Translations under genes and position numbers: made by a program
Part shown: one piece after another, positions 8,542 through 17,470 of the stretch
Layout: each line of letters begins with the position of its first letter
Position numbering within the stretch: position 1 is the first letter of the stretch
The notes under the pieces: model-generated
Databases searched by the model: none
Told to the model about the DNA's origin: nothing
Seen by the model: only the letters and a program-made list of their open reading frames with translations
Virus record (IMG/VR): IMGVR_UViG_3300001866_000020
Span: 1 to 41,717 of that record
Strand: one strand, 5' to 3'
Length of the DNA: 41,717 bases
Source of the DNA: a virus
Lineage: Duplodnaviria > Caudoviricetes

Positions 8542-8914
8542 ATTCGTCACCATCGGCCACGTCTCCATATGGGACGATCTGGTCGAGATCCGCATCGAAA
8601 CCGAATCCTATGTCGTACCGGTCCCCAGCGTCCAGCGGGTCTTGCACTCGGGATCCGATGAGGTGATCTACCAGCACGTCCCGCAGACCACGCTTGGCGA
8701 CGAGGGATCCGCAATCGAACACGCCCAGGTAGCAGGGACGATCACACTTTCGAGAACCCACCGGTCCGTCACGGTCAGACCAAATCCCGGCTGGCGACTC
8801 TTCCTTATCAACGCGGAAGCGTTCCGGGATGTGATGCGCGGGATTCTCCCTCGTGCGACAGTCTCCGAAATAATTAATCACAAATCGAAAAGCCGGCAGC
8901 TTAGTTTCGCGTAA
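8534..8914 (+). CDS. Hypothetical protein
   Basis: GGTGAGG RBS, overlaps the upstream stop. Confidence 0.7.
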   Translation: MSEFVTIGHVSIWDDLVEIRIETESYVVPVPSVQRVLHSGSDEVIYQHVPQTTLGDEGSAIEHAQVAGTITLSRTHRSVTVRPNPGWRLFLINAEAFRDVMRGILPRATVSEIINHKSKSRQLSFA

Positions 8915-9030
8915 CCGGCCATGAATACCCGCGCCTGTATTTTGGAGGTGCAACCCTGAGCGAAGTCGAACCCTCATCTCTACCCGACATCCCTGACGGA
9001 CCACTTGCAGCAACGTATACCCCAGAAGAG

Positions 9031-10551
9031 ATGGCTGATATCAGAAGCCGATGGACATCTGGCGATCAATCAGTCAAGGATCAAATCATCGACGAGATGA
9101 AAGCCAGGAACCGCACCCCCTCGGCCGTGGCCGTTTCACTGCAGCCGAAGGATCCTCCCCGTGCGATTGGAGAGGGTCACAAGCAGTCCTATCCGAAGAG
9201 CTATTTCACGCACATGAACAAAAAGCTCGACGACGTTCCTGACCCATCAAAGATCGGTTTTCACATCTCAGAGAAGTATTCCGTCTTGGCGTTTGGTGGA
9301 TTGCTGTATGTCTACGTAGCCACGGATGGAATTTTTCGGGAAGACCGTGGCGAAGTGGACCATGAGATCCAGGCAATCTTGGATTATATCGAATGGGAAG
9401 GTGCGACGCTCACACTCCGGAAAGAGGTCCGGGCGTACCTCCTGGCAAACCGCGTCTATGCGGAATACCCCTTTGACTGTGAGCCTGGGCTTATCCCGTT
9501 CCGTAAGGGCGGTGCGAAATTCAACGAGAAGATCCGCGACTGGGAACCCGCCGAGCTTGAAAGAGAGCATAAGTTCCGGTACAGGATCCCCGTCGACCTG
9601 AACCTCTTCGCAAAGACCAAGCCCGTCGACGACCTCTTTGCGGAATGGGTCGACCCCGACGATGTCGCGGTTCTCTACCAGGCACCTGCCCAGGCTATCC
9701 TGCAGGCAATGCTCGGCCAGCCGTACAAACGGGCCTATCTCTTCATGGGGAAAAGAAACAGCGGAAAATCCTCGTATTTCGAGCTCATCAGTCGGGCGTT
9801 TGGCCGCGAGAACATGGCACGGGTCTCCCTTCAGGCCCTGAGTTCTCGTTTCTCCCTTGCACCCCTGGAAGGCAAACTTCTCAACGTCTATGACGATCTC
9901 TCGAATTTCGAAATGCGGGACGCAGGGACGTTCAAAACTCTTACTGGTGCCTGCGAGCATCAGATCGAGCGGAAACACCAGACTCCTTATACCGGTCGCA
10001 TCACCGCGGTCCACATGTTCAGCTGCAATGAACCGCCGAAGATAACCAAAGAATCTCTTGATGATGACGCGTTCTGGGGCCGGTGGGAATATATCATTTT
10101 CCCGAACGAGTTTCCCACCGATCCAACGTTCTATGCCCGCACATTCACGGACGAGTTCGTCCAGGCCTTTCTTACGGGCGTTTTGCGGGAGGCCGGCAAG
10201 ATCCTCACGACTCATCGCCTGCAGCATGAAAGCGCGTCGTGGTTCGTCCGGGATCGGTGGGTCTACGCGACTGATCCGATCTATAGGTTCGTGAAAGAAG
10301 AGTTCCAGCCCGAGCTTGGGGCTTTCCTCCCGACCGAAGAGATCTACCAGCGGTATCTCCTCTGGTGCGACAAGAGCAAACTCACACCTACGAATAAGGA
10401 CTGGATCGCCCGGTCTCTGCCGAAGTTCGGGTTTGCGAAACGACAGGTCAAGAAAGTGCACGGATATGGCGGGTACAACTTCAAAGACGCCGCACCGCAG
10501 CACTCGTCGGAATCGAGCCAGGTTTCTTTTGCTTCGGGTGATGGCCAATGA
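9031..10551 (+). CDS. SF3 (D5/P4-type) replicative helicase with no evident primase domain; may start at CTG 8956
   Basis: Walker A GKRNSGKS, Walker B LNVYDD, motif C MFSCN, C-terminal winged helix. Confidence 0.9.
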   Translation: MADIRSRWTSGDQSVKDQIIDEMKARNRTPSAVAVSLQPKDPPRAIGEGHKQSYPKSYFTHMNKKLDDVPDPSKIGFHISEKYSVLAFGGLLYVYVATDGIFREDRGEVDHEIQAILDYIEWEGATLTLRKEVRAYLLANRVYAEYPFDCEPGLIPFRKGGAKFNEKIRDWEPAELEREHKFRYRIPVDLNLFAKTKPVDDLFAEWVDPDDVAVLYQAPAQAILQAMLGQPYKRAYLFMGKRNSGKSSYFELISRAFGRENMARVSLQALSSRFSLAPLEGKLLNVYDDLSNFEMRDAGTFKTLTGACEHQIERKHQTPYTGRITAVHMFSCNEPPKITKESLDDDAFWGRWEYIIFPNEFPTDPTFYARTFTDEFVQAFLTGVLREAGKILTTHRLQHESASWFVRDRWVYATDPIYRFVKEEFQPELGAFLPTEEIYQRYLLWCDKSKLTPTNKDWIARSLPKFGFAKRQVKKVHGYGGYNFKDAAPQHSSESSQVSFASGDGQ

Positions 10552-10976
10552 CCGAGGACCTCTGCAATCTCATTGCCGGCGTCGTGTCATTCTGGGAAGA
10601 TTCGACCAGTGCCGAGCTGATCCGGGCATACCCCACTGACTGGCAACCGGAGATCCTGTATGCGGAATGGTTGTGGGCACCGTATCAAGGGCCGGGATCC
10701 AGCCACTATTATCCAGGCAGGACAGCGAAGAAGCCGGAGATCTACAACGGCTTTTCTACTAGCCGCGATTTTGTCGGGCCGTTGCAGAACCTGCTGCGGA
10801 CCGTCGAGGAAAAACGCGGCGTGGTCATCGACCAGGTCGTCAAGCACAAGGACGAGGGCCGGATCTCGGTCCTCTGGCACGTGCCAGGACAGCACGTGCG
10901 GAAACACGGATGGGCGCCGGTCGTAGCGATCGCGCCGCTCACTACTACTCAATCTGAAAATGGAGTTGAAGCTTAA
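10548..10976 (+). CDS. Hypothetical protein
   Basis: ATGA-coupled to the helicase. Confidence 0.7.
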   Translation: MTEDLCNLIAGVVSFWEDSTSAELIRAYPTDWQPEILYAEWLWAPYQGPGSSHYYPGRTAKKPEIYNGFSTSRDFVGPLQNLLRTVEEKRGVVIDQVVKHKDEGRISVLWHVPGQHVRKHGWAPVVAIAPLTTTQSENGVEA

Positions 10977-11161
10977 TGTCGAAATTCTGGACAGCAAGAA
11001 CGAAATCGATATTCCGGCGCCAGCCGCTGAAATGCACGTTGATGGTGGCCGGATATGTCATCTGGTACGGTATGTTCGCCATCCTTACCCTGTTTATCGG
11101 CGGGGTGCTGGTTATCGCGGGCAAGAACGACGAATGGGTCAACTGGTGGTTGCCGTGGTGA
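10976..11161 (+). CDS. Small membrane protein
   Basis: TAATG coupling; long hydrophobic segment. Confidence 0.65.
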   Translation: MSKFWTARTKSIFRRQPLKCTLMVAGYVIWYGMFAILTLFIGGVLVIAGKNDEWVNWWLPW

Positions 11162-11397
11162 AACGTAACGTTTCAGTCACCGAGGACAAACGCGAGAAAC
11201 TCCGGTTGCTCCTCCTGATGAACAACAAGAACCCGGAGAAGTATCCCTCGCTTTTTGTCAGTTTCGATGACGTGGTCGGGGAACTGCTCCGCGTCTATGA
11301 GATGACGAAAGGCGAGATCCGTGATCCTGGTATTGTTCTGAACAGGGCCGGGCGGCCACCCAAGATCACGATCGTTGGCGCGGAGGGAATTCTATGA
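11158..11397 (+). CDS. RHH / archaeal antitoxin-like DNA-binding protein
   Basis: GTGA coupling; KRNVSVTEDKREKL...SFDDVVGELL pattern. Confidence 0.6.
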   Translation: MKRNVSVTEDKREKLRLLLLMNNKNPEKYPSLFVSFDDVVGELLRVYEMTKGEIRDPGIVLNRAGRPPKITIVGAEGIL

Positions 11398-11732
11398 TCG
11401 AACGCCGCGTTGCGCTCCAGGATGTCTGGCATCTCGACAGCCAGATCTGTGTCCCGTGCCAGTTCTCACGCACGTGCTCGATGCGGGACCGCAGGGTCCG
11501 TGATCCGGAACGGTTCCTGACCTGCAGCACGGTCAAGGAGTACCTGCAGCAGAACCTGATCACAGTCGAGAAGCCGGAACCGCGGAAAGACCCATCCGGG
11601 ATTATTTGTGACAACAAAACCGATGCGTGCCCGGCATCATGCCGGCACTCTGAAAGTCATACTATCCGCGAATGCCAAGGGCTTTGTCCCAAGGACAAGC
11701 GGAGCCAACGATGTTCTCCCAAGGTGATCTGA
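11394..11732 (+). CDS. Cys-rich hypothetical protein
   Basis: About ten Cys; coupled at both ends. Confidence 0.7.
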   Translation: MIERRVALQDVWHLDSQICVPCQFSRTCSMRDRRVRDPERFLTCSTVKEYLQQNLITVEKPEPRKDPSGIICDNKTDACPASCRHSESHTIRECQGLCPKDKRSQRCSPKVI

Positions 11733-12136
11733 TGGCAACTGAAGAGTCGCTCGCATTCGTCGAGCACTGCCGGAAGCACAAGCTCCGGATGGGAATGGCC
11801 GTAATCCTCGAGGCTGAAGGTGAAGACTCGACCGATGAGAAGATCGCGATTGGGCTGGACCACATGATCCGCATGTTCCGGCTCGCGACCGGTGTTACAC
11901 CCCTGGTTATTCCAGTCGTTACCGAAGAGGTGGCAGCCGCAGAGAATCCCCGGACGGATCTGTTCCTGAAAACCCACCGGCACGAGACCCTCGCATGGAT
12001 CCGGTGCGACAACACGGACATCAACCTGCTGCTGCACCAGCTTGTCGGAGAGGGCGATGTCCTCACGATCCGGAAAGACGGCACGGTCCTGCACAACGGG
12101 GTTGCGCAGCCAGAGGCCGCGATGGAGCTGATGTGA
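11732..12136 (+). CDS. Hypothetical protein
   Basis: AGGTGA RBS, TGATG coupling. Confidence 0.7.
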   Translation: MATEESLAFVEHCRKHKLRMGMAVILEAEGEDSTDEKIAIGLDHMIRMFRLATGVTPLVIPVVTEEVAAAENPRTDLFLKTHRHETLAWIRCDNTDINLLLHQLVGEGDVLTIRKDGTVLHNGVAQPEAAMELM

Positions 12137-12453
12137 TGCCGTCTAAAAAATACCCCAAAAGTTTCCGGGACTGCAGGGGGATGCTCTGCGTTTCCTGTGC
12201 AGAGTGTGAACGGGGATTCAACGGATCCGTTGAGGACAAATGTGCCAGTGGGGGGATAAGGTCCCGGGCTAATGGTATGGGGTACTGCACGCTCGGGACG
12301 TTGATGACCTCTATTGACCGGTCCGCGATCCGGTCGCTTCTGCCGATCGTCCGGCACATGACCGGAGACAAAAGTCACTGTTTCAACGGAACGCCGTGCC
12401 GTGGCGAAGACAAGTGTGCCGGCTGGGACGTGTGCCAGAAGGGGCGGTCCTGA
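12136..12453 (+). CDS. Cys-rich hypothetical protein
   Basis: CVSCAEC and a C-terminal Cys cluster; TGATG coupling. Confidence 0.7.
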   Translation: MPSKKYPKSFRDCRGMLCVSCAECERGFNGSVEDKCASGGIRSRANGMGYCTLGTLMTSIDRSAIRSLLPIVRHMTGDKSHCFNGTPCRGEDKCAGWDVCQKGRS

Positions 12454-12593
12454 TGGTCTGGATCCACGTTTACAAGACACGATGGGACAACGTCCGATCG
12501 GAGGTCCACGACACAAAAGAGGATGCGGACCACGCGGCCCGGCTCCGGGACAACCTGCATCTACCGCAGAAGGTCGTCGAGGTGATTCTCTGA
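12453..12593 (+). CDS. 46-aa hypothetical protein
   Basis: TGATG coupling at both ends. Confidence 0.6.
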   Translation: MVWIHVYKTRWDNVRSEVHDTKEDADHAARLRDNLHLPQKVVEVIL

Positions 12594-12790
12594 TGGCACT
12601 CATAGGCCCTGGGACCACTTACCCGGATACTGATGCGCAGGAGGCCGCCAACGAGGCAGCCTGCATTGAGGCACGAAAGGCTGCGGGAGTCCCGAATCCG
12701 GAAAACATCGATATCGACTGCGAAGAGGAATGCCCGATACGACTTATCAGTTGCCCGTTCGGTGTCCCTTCAAAAGCCGGGAGGACATGA
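12593..12790 (+). CDS. Small hypothetical protein
   Basis: GAGGTGA RBS, coupled. Confidence 0.65.
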   Translation: MALIGPGTTYPDTDAQEAANEAACIEARKAAGVPNPENIDIDCEEECPIRLISCPFGVPSKAGRT

Positions 12791-13218
12791 TGTTGCTCTT
12801 CAAACCCTATCACGTTTGGCCGATCTGGGTGAAGAAGAAGACCGAGACCCGCCGGCTCTGGAAACGGCAGAAGGCCGTCCGGGGATCCCGGCACCTGGCA
12901 CAGACCAGGATGTACACCCGGGAATACTTCGCGAAGCTCGACATCCTCGAGGTTTTCCAGCAGCCCCTGGGCGAGATGACCGAAGCGGATGCCAAGGCCG
13001 AGGGCGGGTACACGCTCGCTCAGTACCGGCATGTTCTGGAAGAGATAAACGGGACCCCATGGGACAACAAGCAGGTCGTTTTTGTGGTGAAGTTCGAGAA
13101 GGTCGCGTTCGACCACTACGGTACGGTTATGCCGCCGTGGCTGACTACAGATGGACTTGTGCTGCAGAGCCGGTACCTGAATCACCTGGAAGCGGTCCGA
13201 GGAGCGTGTCCGGCATGA
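12787..13218 (+). CDS. ASCH-domain protein
   Basis: LLFKPYHVWPIWVKKKTETRR and LGEMTEADAKAEGG ASCH motifs. Confidence 0.85.
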   Translation: MMLLFKPYHVWPIWVKKKTETRRLWKRQKAVRGSRHLAQTRMYTREYFAKLDILEVFQQPLGEMTEADAKAEGGYTLAQYRHVLEEINGTPWDNKQVVFVVKFEKVAFDHYGTVMPPWLTTDGLVLQSRYLNHLEAVRGACPA

Positions 13219-13409
13219 TCGCCGTTACCGAATTTTGCGCCCTGGTCGATATCGTCACGGAAAGATACGGCGACAGGGTCATGATGAGCGCCCAGGATAA
13301 GTTGGGGCACCTGCACCTGACCAGGGAGGGGAAACACCTGGGATACATCGATATCACGACCGGCGCTGCGAGAACTCTGGTCTGGGACAAGGGGGTGTCC
13401 GAGGCATGA
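13215..13409 (+). CDS. Hypothetical protein
   Basis: ATGA coupling at both ends. Confidence 0.65.
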   Translation: MIAVTEFCALVDIVTERYGDRVMMSAQDKLGHLHLTREGKHLGYIDITTGAARTLVWDKGVSEA

Positions 13410-13702
13410 ATGTCGAACAGAGAAGAGCGCAATCGGCACTACAGCTGGGAAAAACCCTGCCCAAAAAACACAAGGAAGCTATCCGCATGGGTGTGACCCG
13501 TGCAATTGATGAAGGACGGATCAACAAGGACAGGACCCGTCGCTGCGATAAAGTGCAGAAGACAAAGATACCGCGCCCTATTACCGCGGATGTTCTCGAA
13601 TCGGTCTGTTCCGAGCGAATAGATGACCCAAACAGCTTAGGGAAGGATTACATCGCCGAAGAAGTGCAGAAATTTCGCCAGACACGGGGGAAACGGCCAT
13701 GA
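13406..13702 (+). CDS. Basic protein with a NUMOD3-like DNA-binding motif
   Basis: GKTLPKKHKEAIRMG. Confidence 0.5.
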   Translation: MNVEQRRAQSALQLGKTLPKKHKEAIRMGVTRAIDEGRINKDRTRRCDKVQKTKIPRPITADVLESVCSERIDDPNSLGKDYIAEEVQKFRQTRGKRP

Positions 13703-14448
13703 GCATCCTCTACCAGCCGAAAGGCCGGGCCGCGGAATACGCCCTCCTAGCGGCGTCGGGGTTCCTCGGCTGCCCGCACGGGTGCCAGTACTGTTTCAAT
13801 CCCGAAGGCCTGCATAAAAATATGGAGGAGTTCGGCAAGGTCAAACATCGGTACAAGGTCCTCGAAATACTCGAAGAGGACCTGAAGCGCCTGACGGATC
13901 CCGCGCTCAAGAACGAGCGGATCCTCCTCAGCTTCACGTGCGACCCGTACCCGTCCGGGATCGACACAAAGGTCACCCGGGACATGATCGAGCTGATTCA
14001 CCGGTACGGTCACCCGGTCTGCATCCTGACCAAGGGAGGCTCCCGGTCCCTGCGGGACCTGGACCTGCTCGGGCCCGGGGACCAGTACGCAACGACCCTG
14101 ACGTTCACGGACGAGACGCTGCGGCAGAAATACGAGTCCGGCGCCGCTCCGATGCAGGAACGGATCGCGGTCCTCCAGGAAGCTCACGACCAGGGCATTT
14201 TCACCTGGGTAAGCTGCGAGCCGGTCGTCATGCCCCGGCAGACCTTGCAGCTGATCAGGGATACCGCCCGGTACGTGGACCACTACAAGGTGGGAAAACT
14301 GAACCACAATTTCCCGGACAAACCTCAGTACATCCCGGAAGCGGCCGGTATCGATTGGGCGATGTTCGGCAGCGAGGCTATGGATCTGCTGCAGCAGCTG
14401 GGCAAATCCTATTACATCAAGAACGACCTGCGGAGGTGCATGGCGTGA
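13699..14448 (+). CDS. Radical SAM protein, spore-photoproduct-lyase-like family
   Basis: GCPHGCQYC (CxxxCxxC), TCDPYP, ILTK and SCEP motifs. Confidence 0.88.
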   Translation: MSILYQPKGRAAEYALLAASGFLGCPHGCQYCFNPEGLHKNMEEFGKVKHRYKVLEILEEDLKRLTDPALKNERILLSFTCDPYPSGIDTKVTRDMIELIHRYGHPVCILTKGGSRSLRDLDLLGPGDQYATTLTFTDETLRQKYESGAAPMQERIAVLQEAHDQGIFTWVSCEPVVMPRQTLQLIRDTARYVDHYKVGKLNHNFPDKPQYIPEAAGIDWAMFGSEAMDLLQQLGKSYYIKNDLRRCMA

Positions 14449-14639
14449 CGGAAATTGATAAAATGCACCCTCAGTGTTGCCAAAACAAATGCAAGAAGTT
14501 CGTCGAGAGTATCGATGACGGGAAGACCGTGTACGGTTCGATGTATTGCAAGCATTTCGTACCGGCAAAGAGAATGAACCGGGAAGAAGTCGATCACATC
14601 TGGTTCCGTGGCTGCTGTGCCTACGAAGGTGCCCCATGA
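14445..14639 (+). CDS. Small Cys-rich protein
   Basis: GTGA coupling; CCQNKC, YC, GCC. Confidence 0.65.
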   Translation: MTEIDKMHPQCCQNKCKKFVESIDDGKTVYGSMYCKHFVPAKRMNREEVDHIWFRGCCAYEGAP

Positions 14640-15088
14640 TTATTACCCTTAAGAAAGCCGCCGACCCCTCTGAACTCGATCCCCTTACCTGGGGAATATG
14701 GGAGCACCGTACGAGTAGCGGAGATCATCTTCATCTCGTCGTCGTATGCGGCACTGACCCCAACCATCACAAGGCCATCATCGCGGGGAGACCGGCCCAC
14801 AACTGGCAGATAGCACCTGATGGAACCGTCACGCCGTCAATCCTAATCCCCTCAACAAAACTCCTTGACGGCACCATGACACCGGAATGGCATGAGTTCG
14901 TGAAGCTCGAAGGCTGGTCTCCCTGCTTCAACTGCAAGGATAACGAAACGCACACCGTTGGGTATGGGCAGACTGATTATGCAGACGAACAGCTCAAAGC
15001 CGGACGGGTTTTCTGCACTGCATATCACGGCTGGGTCGTGCCCTGCAAGGAGCGACAGCCGACATGCGGAGGGGCGATCCATGATTAG
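14636..15088 (+). CDS. DUF6527-like protein with a C-terminal Cys cluster
   Basis: NWQIAPDGTVTPSIL...WHEFV resembles the W...T.SPSI...H.FI DUF6527 pattern. Confidence 0.5.
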   Translation: MIITLKKAADPSELDPLTWGIWEHRTSSGDHLHLVVVCGTDPNHHKAIIAGRPAHNWQIAPDGTVTPSILIPSTKLLDGTMTPEWHEFVKLEGWSPCFNCKDNETHTVGYGQTDYADEQLKAGRVFCTAYHGWVVPCKERQPTCGGAIHD

Positions 15089-15635
15089 CCGCTTCGAAAA
15101 GACTGGCAAGGACCTCCACCTCAGGACCCGGGGCAAGGGCTGGGATATCACCGATCCCAAAGAAGACGGGTTCGCACGGGTGCGCCTGTCCGGCTCGCAC
15201 TGCCGGTACTACGTGCGGATCGACGATCTGGACAAGCATGTCGACCGTGTGGTCCTCTACTCGCGAGCCTACGAACTCCCGCCGCTGATGTACATCGCGG
15301 GTCCGTACTCGCACGCGACAGAAATCGGCATCCAGGACAACATCAGCAGGGCCGCACGGGCCGGGCTGGACTGCTGCAGGGCCGGCTGGTCCGTCTACAT
15401 CCCGCACAAGAACTTCGCGGGGTTCCATGCACACCAGGATATCACCTACGATGCATGGATTGAGAAGGACCTCACGATCCTCGCGAAATGCGATGCCCTC
15501 CTCCTGATCGAAGGCTGGGCATCGAGCAAGGGAGCGTCGAGGGAATACCAGTTCGCGGAAGAGCTGGGGATCCCGCACTTCTTCATCCGGAACGGGATCC
15601 CGAAACCCGAAACGGTCCGGAGCGTGAAAGCATGA
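15081..15635 (+). CDS. DUF4406/DUF1937 nucleoside-deoxyribosyltransferase-fold protein with an N-terminal extra domain
   Basis: YIAGPYS, CDALLLIEGWASSKGASRE, AEELGIP. Confidence 0.82.
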   Translation: MISRFEKTGKDLHLRTRGKGWDITDPKEDGFARVRLSGSHCRYYVRIDDLDKHVDRVVLYSRAYELPPLMYIAGPYSHATEIGIQDNISRAARAGLDCCRAGWSVYIPHKNFAGFHAHQDITYDAWIEKDLTILAKCDALLLIEGWASSKGASREYQFAEELGIPHFFIRNGIPKPETVRSVKA

Positions 15636-15799
15636 TCCGGCGCGGTATCCGGAACGTCACGGATGAAAAGATCATCGAGGAGTTCAAAGCCGGCAAGTTC
15701 ATCGGCCAGATTAAAAGAGATCACCACGTTGGGGTGAACCGGATCCGTGCGGTCCTCGATCGCCAGGGTCTGCGGGACCGGGAGGTTGCTGCAGCATGA
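15632..15799 (+). CDS. Small HTH-like protein
   Basis: EKIIEEFKAGKFIGQIKRDHHVGVNRIRAVL; coupled. Confidence 0.6.
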   Translation: MIRRGIRNVTDEKIIEEFKAGKFIGQIKRDHHVGVNRIRAVLDRQGLRDREVAAA

Positions 15800-16131
15800 C
15801 ATCAACTACTAAAATCTCTTCAAAATCTCCTAAATTAGTAGTTGCCCCGACGAACAAAGACGGGATTGAGTGTCCGCGGTGTATCAATCACCGCAGTAAG
15901 AAGACGCACGAATACTCCTGTCCGCGATCGAAAGAACTGCTGTTCCTTGGTGGGGATAAGTCGGCTGCCCAGATCATCGAGGATGTCCGCGTGAACGGCT
16001 GCCAGCATTTCAACCTGAAAGGCGGGTGCGCTGTGGATCTCACACAGGTGGATATCGGAGACATGGTCAAGGAGATCGATCGCAGGGGCATGGAGTGCAG
16101 GATCCGGGAAAAGCAGAAAGGGGTGCCCTGA
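15796..16131 (+). CDS. Cys-containing hypothetical protein
   Basis: GAGGT RBS, CPRC motif. Confidence 0.65.
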   Translation: MTSTTKISSKSPKLVVAPTNKDGIECPRCINHRSKKTHEYSCPRSKELLFLGGDKSAAQIIEDVRVNGCQHFNLKGGCAVDLTQVDIGDMVKEIDRRGMECRIREKQKGVP

Positions 16132-16268
16132 TGTCCTGCGGAACATGCGACCAGATCAAAAAAGAGGGTCCGGGAATCCGGCGCTACAAATGCCTGCTGA
16201 CTGGCAGCCCCGTGCACGCACTCCGGAAAACCCGGCTCGACTGCCCCAAACAGGAGGGGAAGCGATGA
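16131..16268 (+). CDS. 45-aa zinc-finger-like microprotein
   Basis: MSCGTC...C...CP; TGATG coupling. Confidence 0.65.
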   Translation: MSCGTCDQIKKEGPGIRRYKCLLTGSPVHALRKTRLDCPKQEGKR

Positions 16269-16486
16269 TCTTCGACAAAGACGGTGTCCCGGTACGGGAC
16301 GGGCTCTGCAAAGAGTGCTCGATCGAGTGGTATATTCAATCCGACGGCCGTGTGACCTGTTACGCGATCCTGGACAACGGCGGCGGGTACATCAAGAAAT
16401 GCCCCACCAGGAGCTGCCGCCGAATGCACCGGATAGAGCCCGGTCAAAAGATGGGTGGGATCAAGCACTGTGGGGGATCCTCATGA
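16265..16486 (+). CDS. Small Cys-rich protein
   Basis: GGAGG RBS, CKEC, CPTRSC. Confidence 0.65.
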   Translation: MIFDKDGVPVRDGLCKECSIEWYIQSDGRVTCYAILDNGGGYIKKCPTRSCRRMHRIEPGQKMGGIKHCGGSS

Positions 16487-16719
16487 GCAAGGCAACCAAG
16501 ATCGAGCGGCCCCAGAGGGCCTTCCTCAAAGCCATGAAGGAGAAGTTCGCCGCGGATCCCGCAGCAACATCGCAGCCAAGACTGCTGAATCCCGCCCCTG
16601 AGCAGTATGTCGTGATCAACTGCCCGATCTGTCGCGGTCGCGGATATCGCGGGCCCCCGGACAAGAGGTCCTTCTGCCACAACTGCGGGTCCACCGGGAA
16701 GAAACGGGTGAGAGCTTGA
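16483..16719 (+). CDS. DnaJ-type CxxCxGxG zinc-finger microprotein
   Basis: CPICRGRG and CHNCGSTG. Confidence 0.7.
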   Translation: MSKATKIERPQRAFLKAMKEKFAADPAATSQPRLLNPAPEQYVVINCPICRGRGYRGPPDKRSFCHNCGSTGKKRVRA

Positions 16720-17003
16720 GCAAAATAACTCTCATAAGGGGTGCACTCCTCTACAGGTACCGATGGTGCGGGAAAATTTATTGTGGCAATACGAACTGCC
16801 CGGTTGATGGATTATCTCATGCAAACCCGGAATCCATTCACCCGTGCCGCCCCGGAGAGGAAGGGGCCGGCGACCTCATAGGATGGCAATCTATCGCCGG
16901 CATCACGGACATGAAAACAGGTGAGCTTAGCTGCAACTCCTTCCTTGATATCCTTCGGACTTGGTGGCTCTTGAGAAAACTGCGCAAGAAGGTGAGAGCG
17001 TGA
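16716..17003 (+). CDS. Hypothetical protein (TTG start)
   Basis: GGTGAG RBS, TTGA coupling. Confidence 0.55.
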   Translation: MSKITLIRGALLYRYRWCGKIYCGNTNCPVDGLSHANPESIHPCRPGEEGAGDLIGWQSIAGITDMKTGELSCNSFLDILRTWWLLRKLRKKVRA

Positions 17004-17260
17004 CCCTGAAGTCCCGGAACGTATGGCGGCCGACATTCTCCGACACCATGCACCGTTACCATTCGGAGATCGGGCGTATGGTAGATGCGGCGGAGATCAC
17101 CTGCAAGGAAAAAGTGAGGGGCGAATGCAGAGTCACTGGCTGCAAATTCCACCGTGCCGGGTTCCTGCATCCCTGCATGGTCACGGATTTGTGGATTATC
17201 CTTGATGTCGATGGTCACGCCATGAGGCATCAACCGAAAGAGAGAGAGGGGCTGAAGTGA
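17000..17260 (+). CDS. Hypothetical protein, last gene of the + arm
   Basis: AGGTGAG RBS, GTGA coupling; followed by T-tracts. Confidence 0.6.
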   Translation: MTLKSRNVWRPTFSDTMHRYHSEIGRMVDAAEITCKEKVRGECRVTGCKFHRAGFLHPCMVTDLWIILDVDGHAMRHQPKEREGLK

Positions 17261-17309
17261 ATTTTTATCGGCGGTCGGTATCTTTCTTTTTGCAATGTTT
17301 TTTCCGAAA

Positions 17310-17463
17310 GTCAACCCAATCCCCCGCACGGGAAAAGAGGGTTGACCATCAACGAGGCTAAATGGTTGTCCCGTGCAGGGTGAAGCCCCCCCGGCGGTTT
17401 GACCCGCATCACCGCGCTGTTCCAGCTCTCGGTCCATTCAGGGCGGGGGGCACGTTCTTTTTT
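17310..17463. ncRNA. Structured non-coding element with crossing helices (pseudoknot) and a multibranch domain
   Basis: GTCAACCC/GGGTTGAC crosses GCACGGGA/TCCCGTGC; GCCCCCC/GGGGGGC closes two hairpins; T-tracts flank it. Confidence 0.5.
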
Positions 17464-17470
17464 GAAAAAA

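Noticed and set aside
17310-17380. HDV-like or hammerhead ribozyme
   Set aside because: No P3/L3 element between the crossing helices and no CUGANGA/GAAA core on either strand
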